Shown: one piece after another, positions 58,091-64,000 of the stretch | Position numbering within the stretch: the first letter of the stretch is position 1 | Layout of the letters: each line of letters begins with the position of its first letter | From: Alphaproteobacteria bacterium | Lineage (GTDB): Bacteria > Pseudomonadota > Alphaproteobacteria > GCA-2731375 | Length of the DNA: 64,000 bases | Assembly (NCBI GenBank): GCA_965232515.1 | Contig: CBDDPY010000002.1 | Location: 5,088,001-5,152,000 of the forward strand | Direction of reading: 5' to 3' | Translations under genes and position numbers: made by a program | The notes under the pieces: model-generated | What the model saw: the letters and a program-made list of their open reading frames with translations, nothing else | What the model was told of the DNA's origin: nothing | The model's database searches: none

Positions 58091-59095
58091 TCACGGAATG
58101 ATGGCGATCTTCCCAAAGACCCGGCGTTCCTCGAGGATGCGGAAGGCCTCGCGGGTTTCCTCCAGCGGCAACCGCTCCTCCACCACCGGGCGCAGCTTAC
58201 CGGTGCCGACCAGCTCCAGCAGCGCCTCGATATCGCTTTTCTCCCAGCCGTTCGAGCCCATGATGTTGTGCTCGAAGGTCCAGATGTAGCGGATGTCCTC
58301 TTTTGGATCGAAGCCGGCGGTGGCGCCGCAGGTCAGCAGCCGGCCGCCGCGTGTCAGACAGCGGATCGACGGCACCCAGGTATCGCCGCCGGTGAAGTTC
58401 ACCACCACGTCGACGCCGCCGCCGCCCCAGACCCGGGGCTTGCCGAAGCGCTCGTGCACTTGGGGCATGAAGTCCTGCTCGGCGTAGTTGATGCCCTCGT
58501 CGGCGCCGAGGTCGTTCAGCTTGGCGATCTTCTCGTCGCTGGACGAGGCGGCGATGACATGTGCGCCGGCCATGCGGGCGAGCTGCACGCAGCAGGTGCC
58601 GACGCCGCCCGACGCGCCGAGGATCAGTACCTTCTCGCCGGCCGCGATCCGGCCGCGAGTAATCATCATGCGATAGGCGGTGCCGTATGCGCACGGCAGG
58701 GCCGCGGCGTCGGCATAGTCGATGGCGTCGGGCAGGGCGACCAGCTGGTCGGCCTCGACCCGGACGAACTCGGCCAGGCCGCCATCCATCATCTCACCTT
58801 GCAGCTTGCCGCGCTTGCGATCGATGGGGTCGATCACCACCCGGTCGCCGACCTTCCATCCCTCGACGCCTGCGCCGATCTCGGCGATGTCCCCGGCGAG
58901 ATCGATGCCCATGATGATCGGCATCGGCACCTTGATGCCGGGCATGCCGCGCAGCGTGAAGATGTCGTGGTAGTTGAGCGTGCAGGCGCGTACCCGCAGC
59001 ACGACCTGGCCTTCGCCCGGCGTCGGATCGGGCCAGCCGGTCTCCAGCGTGATGTCGTCGATGGCGCCGTGCGCGTGCAGGACCTGGGCTTTCAT
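58091..59095 (-). CDS. MDR/zinc-binding-family dehydrogenase (quinone-oxidoreductase-like)
   Basis: ACTLNYHD, VLILGASGGVG, GRLLTCGATAG, FGKIAI. Confidence 0.88.
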   Translation of the reverse strand: MKAQVLHAHGAIDDITLETGWPDPTPGEGQVVLRVRACTLNYHDIFTLRGMPGIKVPMPIIMGIDLAGDIAEIGAGVEGWKVGDRVVIDPIDRKRGKLQGEMMDGGLAEFVRVEADQLVALPDAIDYADAAALPCAYGTAYRMMITRGRIAAGEKVLILGASGGVGTCCVQLARMAGAHVIAASSSDEKIAKLNDLGADEGINYAEQDFMPQVHERFGKPRVWGGGGVDVVVNFTGGDTWVPSIRCLTRGGRLLTCGATAGFDPKEDIRYIWTFEHNIMGSNGWEKSDIEALLELVGTGKLRPVVEERLPLEETREAFRILEERRVFGKIAIIP

Positions 59096-59131
59096 GGTTC
59101 GGTTCCCGTTACATTGACTGTCGTTCGCAGG

Positions 59132-60625
59132 TCAGCGTCGGAACTCGCGCGTCGCGCGCTCGATCAGCACCTTGCGGTCGACCTTGTTGGTGCCGGCGAG
59201 CGGCAGTTCCTCCACGAACGTCACCTGCCGTGGATGCTGATAGGGCGGCGCGTTCTCAAGCGCGTACTGCTTGATCTCTTCGGAGGTCGGCGCCGCGCCG
59301 CCGCGCGGCACCACGAAGGCGACTGGCAGTTCGCCCTTGATTTCGTCCGGCACCGGAACGACGGCCGCCTGCATGACCGACGGATGACCCTCCAGCATTT
59401 TCTCGACCTCGCCCGGATAGATGTTCTCGCCGCCGCAGACGAACATGTCGTCGGCGCGGCCGACGAAGAAGAAGAAGCCGTTCTCGTCGCGCCGCATGAC
59501 GTCGCCGGTGTCGTACCAGCCGTCCTGCACGCGCTTCGCCGTTTCCTCGGGCTGCTGCAGGTAGCCGGGCATGATCGCTCTATTGCGCACCAACAGAACG
59601 CCCTGGTTCTCGTCCGGGCCGTCGACGAGGCGCAGCTCGGCATGCGGCGAAGCGTGACCAAGCGACAGCTTCGGTTTCGGCAGCCCGTCGGGATGCGGAC
59701 CGAAGGCGATCGGGCTCGACTCCGTGGTGCCGTAGGTGTTGTTGACGACGGCGTTCGGGAACACGCGCGCGATCTGGTCCATGAGCGCGTCCGTCGACGG
59801 CGCCGATCCGGTCATCACCACCTCGACGCTGCTCAGGTCGAGGCTCTCGAGCAGGTCGGTCTCGCGCATCGCCAGCGCCAGCATGGTCGGCACCGAGGTC
59901 AGCATGGTGCAGCGGTGGCGGGCGATGGCCTCCAGATAGGCGCGCGCCGTGAACCGGTTCAAAAGAACCTCGGTCGCGCCCGCCGCCGTCAGCATCTTGG
60001 TGAAGAACAGCGCGTTCATGTGAAACAGCGGCGCGGCGACCAGCGCCCGCACCTCGCCCATGGGCAGCGACGAATCCAGCAGCGAGCGGACCGCCCAGAC
60101 ATAGCCGCCATGGGTCAGCGGCACGCCCTTGGGCCGGCCGGTCGAGCCGGAGGTATAGAGCACGTTGGCGAAGTCTTCGGGCGCCATGCGGGCGACCTCG
60201 AGCGGACCGGGGTCGAGCAGGTCAGACCATTCGTCGGTGTCGAGCCGCACGACGTCGAGGCCCGCTGGCACCAACGGCGCCCGCTCGCCGTCGGCCAACA
60301 CCAGCCGCAGTTCGGAGTTCTGCGCGATATGCGCGACCGTCGCCGGCGGCAATTTGTGGTTAGCCGGCACCGCCACCAGACCCGCCCGCATGATGCCGAA
60401 ATAGGCGACGATGTAGCGGGCGCTGTTGGCGGCGAGGATGCCGACGGCGTTGCCGCGCGTGAGGCCGCGGTTCAGCAGGCCGCGCGCCACGGCATCGGCG
60501 GTGGCCCGCAGCTCGCCGTAGGTCCACGTCGTTTCCTCGCCATCCTCGGCGATCTCGATCAGCCAGGGATGGTCGTCGGCTCGTTCCGGGTTGATGATGT
60601 CGCCGAGGTTGCCGGTGTCGGTCAT
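59132..60625 (-). CDS. Class I adenylate-forming enzyme (acyl-CoA synthetase)
   Basis: YTSGSTGRPKG, YGTTE, WYDTGD, GRADDM..GGENIYP, NKVD; ATG at 60625. Confidence 0.92.
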   Translation of the reverse strand: MTDTGNLGDIINPERADDHPWLIEIAEDGEETTWTYGELRATADAVARGLLNRGLTRGNAVGILAANSARYIVAYFGIMRAGLVAVPANHKLPPATVAHIAQNSELRLVLADGERAPLVPAGLDVVRLDTDEWSDLLDPGPLEVARMAPEDFANVLYTSGSTGRPKGVPLTHGGYVWAVRSLLDSSLPMGEVRALVAAPLFHMNALFFTKMLTAAGATEVLLNRFTARAYLEAIARHRCTMLTSVPTMLALAMRETDLLESLDLSSVEVVMTGSAPSTDALMDQIARVFPNAVVNNTYGTTESSPIAFGPHPDGLPKPKLSLGHASPHAELRLVDGPDENQGVLLVRNRAIMPGYLQQPEETAKRVQDGWYDTGDVMRRDENGFFFFVGRADDMFVCGGENIYPGEVEKMLEGHPSVMQAAVVPVPDEIKGELPVAFVVPRGGAAPTSEEIKQYALENAPPYQHPRQVTFVEELPLAGTNKVDRKVLIERATREFRR

Positions 60626-60635
60626 CGCGCCCCCC

Positions 60636-61058
60636 TCAGCCACGCTGCGCGCCGTAGCAACCACGGCCGATGGCGGTCAGGCGCCCCTGGTCGTCGGTGA
60701 CGTCGACGTCGACCACGCCGACGGTGCGGCCGATCCGGCGGGCAATAGCGCGGGCCGTCAGCTTGGCGCCGCTCGACGGCCGCAGATAATCGACGCGGAA
60801 GTTGATGGTCGGCACGCCGCCGTTGACCACGGCGGCGACGGCGAAATCGCCGACGGTGTCGATCAGCGCCGCGATCGGGCCGCCGTGAAACTGGCCTTTC
60901 ATCGGCCCGCCGCGCTCGAACTCCGGCCGCATGGGCATGGTCATCACGACCTCGCCCTGCTCGGCGTCGACCGACTCGACCGTCAGATTCATAAACCGGA
61001 TGAACGGCGAGCCCTCAAGCCAGGCTTGCATGACCTCCGCCGTGACGTTTTCCGACAT
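60636..61058 (-). CDS. PaaI-family thioesterase
   Basis: HGGPIAALIDTVGD, PTINFRVDYLRP; ATG at 61058. Confidence 0.88.
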   Translation of the reverse strand: MSENVTAEVMQAWLEGSPFIRFMNLTVESVDAEQGEVVMTMPMRPEFERGGPMKGQFHGGPIAALIDTVGDFAVAAVVNGGVPTINFRVDYLRPSSGAKLTARAIARRIGRTVGVVDVDVTDDQGRLTAIGRGCYGAQRG

Positions 61059-61276
61059 TCCCACTCCCCCGCATCTCGCACATCGACGCCGTCCAGGACC
61101 GTCGACGTGACAATAGGATTCCATCCCGACAGTGCGCCGGGCAATCGCCAATGGTGTTGCGATGCTGCTGGCGACCCCGAATGTTTTCCCCGCCCACCGA
61201 TCTTATTGTATTTTGTGCGCTTGTGTCCGTTCGGACGGGCCGGCCTTCGGCCAATCATGTATGGGGGTGCGACAGC

Positions 61277-61906
61277 ATGGCGAATACGCTCGATCATTTC
61301 ATGTGGGCCGGTCCGGATCTGGACGCCGCGACAGCCTGGTTCCGGGAGATGAGCGGGGTCGATCCGGTGGTCGGCGGCTCGCACCCAAGCCACGGCACCC
61401 GCAACACGCTAGTTTCGCTGGGCGACGCGGTCTATCTCGAGATCATCGCGCCCGATCCCGCGTTGGACAGCACCAGCACGCTGCGCGAACGCTTCGAACG
61501 CATGGCGCGCCCTGGCGTTCAGGCCATGATCTTCGCAACGTCGGACTTGGCAGCCGTGCAGCGCGCGTATGCCGCGGCCGGCATCGCGGCGGAAATGCTG
61601 GACATGTCGCGCGACACGCCGAGCGGCGATACCATTCATTGGAGCATGACGATCCCGGAAGAGACCGAGCTCGGCTATTTCGTGCCCTTTTTCATCAACT
61701 GGGGCGACACCACGCATCCGGCGGCGACGTCGCCCAAGGGCTGCACGCTCAGCGGGTTCGAGGTCGGCCACCCCGAGGCCGCCCGTGTCGGTGAGCTCTG
61801 GCGCGCCCTCGACATCGACCTGGAGGTCGCGCGTGCCGATGCCCCCTGCATGCGGGCGACGCTCGACACGCCGAACGGACCGCTGGTCCTGACCAGCCCG
61901 GGCTGA
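61277..61906 (+). CDS. VOC/glyoxalase-like family protein
   Basis: LDHFMW, GGSHPSHGTRNTL, YLEIIAPD, PFFINW...HPA. Confidence 0.85.
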   Translation: MANTLDHFMWAGPDLDAATAWFREMSGVDPVVGGSHPSHGTRNTLVSLGDAVYLEIIAPDPALDSTSTLRERFERMARPGVQAMIFATSDLAAVQRAYAAAGIAAEMLDMSRDTPSGDTIHWSMTIPEETELGYFVPFFINWGDTTHPAATSPKGCTLSGFEVGHPEAARVGELWRALDIDLEVARADAPCMRATLDTPNGPLVLTSPG

Positions 61907-61909
61907 TCC

Positions 61910-63442
61910 TCAGATCTCGAAGGTCACGCCCTGGGCCAGCGGCAGCGCCGTGCCGTAGTTGACCGTGTTGGTGGCGCGGCGCATGTAGGCCTTCCAGGCG
62001 TCGGAGCCGGCTTCGCGGCCGCCGCCGGTTTCCTTCTCGCCGCCGAAGGCGCCGCCGATCTCGGCCCCGGACGGGCCGATATTGACGTTGGCGATGCCGC
62101 AGTCCGAGCCCGCGGCCGAGACGAAGGTCTCCGCCTCGCGCATGTCGCCCGTGAAGATCGACGACGAGAGGCCCTGCGGCACGTCGTTGTGCAGTTGGAT
62201 CGCCTCATCGAGGGTGTCGTAGCGCATGACGTAGAGGATCGGCGCGAAGGTCTCTTCCTTGACCATCGGCGTCTGCGCCGGCATTTCGACCAGCGCCGGC
62301 CGGACGTAATAGGCATCGTCGCCCGCGTCTTCGAACGCCCGCTCGCCGCCGGTCACCTGGCCGCCGGCCTGCGTCGCGTCGTCAAGCGCGCGACCCATCG
62401 CCTGGAACGCGGCTTCGTCGATCAGCGGGCCGACCAGCGTCGCGGCATCGCGCGGGTCGCCGATCGCGACGCCCTGATAGGCTTTCTGCAGCGCCGGCAC
62501 GACCTGGTCGTAGACATCGTTGTGCACGATCAGCCGGCGCAGCGTTGTGCAGCGCTGCCCGGCCGTGCCCATGGCCGCGAAGGCGACACCGCGCACGGTC
62601 AGGCCGACATCGGCCGTCGGCGCCACGATCGCCGCGTTGTTGCCGCCGAGCTCGAGCACCGAACGGGCGAAGCGCTTCGCCAGCCGCGGGCCGACCTCGC
62701 GGCCCATGCGGGTCGAGCCGGTGGCCGAGACCAGCGGCACGCGGGCGTCGTCGACCAGCGCCTCGCCGGCCGCCTTGTCTCCGACGATGACCTGTAGCAG
62801 TCCCTCCGGCGCGTCGCCGAAGGCCGCCAGCGCCCGCCGACAGATGGCGTCCGTCGCGAGCGCCGTCAACGGCGTCTTCTCGGACGGCTTCCAGATCACC
62901 GGATCGCCGCAGATCAGCGCTAGCGCCGCGTTCCATGACCAGACCGCGACGGGAAAATTGAAGGCCGTGATCACGCCGACGGGCCCGAGCGGATGCCAGC
63001 TTTCCATCATCCGGTGGTCGGGCCGTTCAGAGGCGATGGTCTTGCCGTAGAGCATACGCGACTGGCCGACGGCGAAGTCGCAGATGTCGATCATCTCCTG
63101 GACCTCGCCTTCGCCTTCGGAGGCAATCTTGCCGGCCTCCAGCGTCACCAGGCGGCCGAGGTCGGATTTCGCGGCGCGCAGCTCCTCGCCCAGCAGGCGC
63201 ACCAGCTCGCCGCGCCGCGGCGCCGGCACCGACCGCCATTCCTTGAACGCCGCCTCGGCCTTGGCGATGGCGGCCTGGGTTTCCGTCGCGCCGGCGACGG
63301 TGAGTTGCGCCATGGTCGAGCCGTCGATGGGCGAGCGCACCGCCAGCCGGCCGGACTCCAGCACCTCTTTCGGCACGCCCAGGCGGGCGAGAAGGTCATG
63401 GGCTTCTTGGGCGGCGGAGGGAAGGGTCGTCATGGTGGGCAT
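61910..63442 (-). CDS. amaB: ALDH7-type aldehyde dehydrogenase (piperideine-6-carboxylate/aminoadipate-semialdehyde dehydrogenase)
   Basis: GEVQEMIDICDFAVG, AFNFPVAVWSWN, LELGGNN, GTAGQRCT, GAEIGGAFGGEKETGGGRE. Confidence 0.85.
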   Translation of the reverse strand: MPTMTTLPSAAQEAHDLLARLGVPKEVLESGRLAVRSPIDGSTMAQLTVAGATETQAAIAKAEAAFKEWRSVPAPRRGELVRLLGEELRAAKSDLGRLVTLEAGKIASEGEGEVQEMIDICDFAVGQSRMLYGKTIASERPDHRMMESWHPLGPVGVITAFNFPVAVWSWNAALALICGDPVIWKPSEKTPLTALATDAICRRALAAFGDAPEGLLQVIVGDKAAGEALVDDARVPLVSATGSTRMGREVGPRLAKRFARSVLELGGNNAAIVAPTADVGLTVRGVAFAAMGTAGQRCTTLRRLIVHNDVYDQVVPALQKAYQGVAIGDPRDAATLVGPLIDEAAFQAMGRALDDATQAGGQVTGGERAFEDAGDDAYYVRPALVEMPAQTPMVKEETFAPILYVMRYDTLDEAIQLHNDVPQGLSSSIFTGDMREAETFVSAAGSDCGIANVNIGPSGAEIGGAFGGEKETGGGREAGSDAWKAYMRRATNTVNYGTALPLAQGVTFEI

Positions 63443-63495
63443 GTCCTCATCTCGGCCACGTCGATCGCGGCTCTCGCGAAAACACTATACCGGCG

Positions 63496-64000
63496 TCAGG
63501 CGGCCGTGGCGCGGGCGTTACGGTCTGCCCGGTCTGTCCGGTCCGTTGAGAAGACGGCGCCGAAGCGGTTGCCGAGGAAGTCGTCGAGCGCGATCTGCTC
63601 CTGGCGCACGAAGCCTCGTTGCGGCAGCGCGCCATTCGCCAGCATGTCGAGGACGGCGCAGATCGCCGACGCCGTGGTCATCTGGATCGCGGTGCGCTCG
63701 CGGCCGAAATACTCGCCCGCATAAACGCGGTGCGCGAAGGTTTCCTGCGACAGCCGGCCATCCTTCTCGCCGGTGACGGTGATGAAGATGACCACCACGT
63801 CCTGCGGCGTCGTCGGCAGCGCGTTCTCGAAGATGTCCTTCAGCACCTCGCGTCGGGCGCCCAGCCGCAGATCGTGCAGCAGCACCTTCATGATGGCGCA
63901 ATGGCCGGGATAGCGGATGGTGCGGTAGTTGAGCGTGCGGACCTTGCCGTGCAGCGTCTCGCACAGCGTGCCGAGCCCGCCCGAGGTGTTGAAGGCCTCG
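63496..64000 (-). CDS. Saccharopine-dehydrogenase family protein (lysine 6-dehydrogenase-like), 3' part only
   Basis: EAFNTSGGLGTLCETL.GKVRTLNYRTIRYPGH, QDVVVIF, AIQMTTA; upstream of ALDH7. Confidence 0.82.
   Translation of the reverse strand, partial: EAFNTSGGLGTLCETLHGKVRTLNYRTIRYPGHCAIMKVLLHDLRLGARREVLKDIFENALPTTPQDVVVIFITVTGEKDGRLSQETFAHRVYAGEYFGRERTAIQMTTASAICAVLDMLANGALPQRGFVRQEQIALDDFLGNRFGAVFSTDRTDRADRNARATAA

Noticed and set aside
49370-64000. attR-type duplication of the tRNA-Ser 3' end
   Set aside because: No second copy of TTCGAATCCCTCCCCCTCCGCCA seen by eye in the window

Overview
High-GC alphaproteobacterial chromosome segment (gene order and split F1-only atp operon fit a Rhodospirillales-like organism; inference). 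Positions 1-49.4 kb are mostly core genes: sdhCDAB, zapE-mdh-sucCD-sucAB-lpdA, xerC/DUF484/transaldolase, priA, atpHAGDC, gpmI-envC-ctpA-deacetylase-rppH, rplU-rpmA-obgE-proB-proA-nadD-rsfS-rlmH and tRNA-Ser(CGA). Accessory material includes a 4-gene catabolic insert between sdhB and zapE, an IS30-family element inserted into a REP hairpin after atpC, a lower-GC islet after tRNA-Ser (Mrr-like nuclease, DUF3179-like protein), a TetR/MFS/PaaI unit, an Xre-RES toxin-antitoxin pair and CoA-ligase and lysine-catabolic genes. The strongest unexplained signals are: (1) the Mrr-like gene is bracketed by two inward-facing sites with a shared 11/8-9/11/15/11-bp layout, suggesting a recombinase-mobilised single-gene cassette; (2) the IS30 transposase takes its stop codon from the REP it interrupted; (3) malate dehydrogenase has a histone-like basic tail; (4) a perfect CtrA box lies upstream of gpmI-envC-ctpA. 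All family calls come from motif recognition by eye; no database searches were run.
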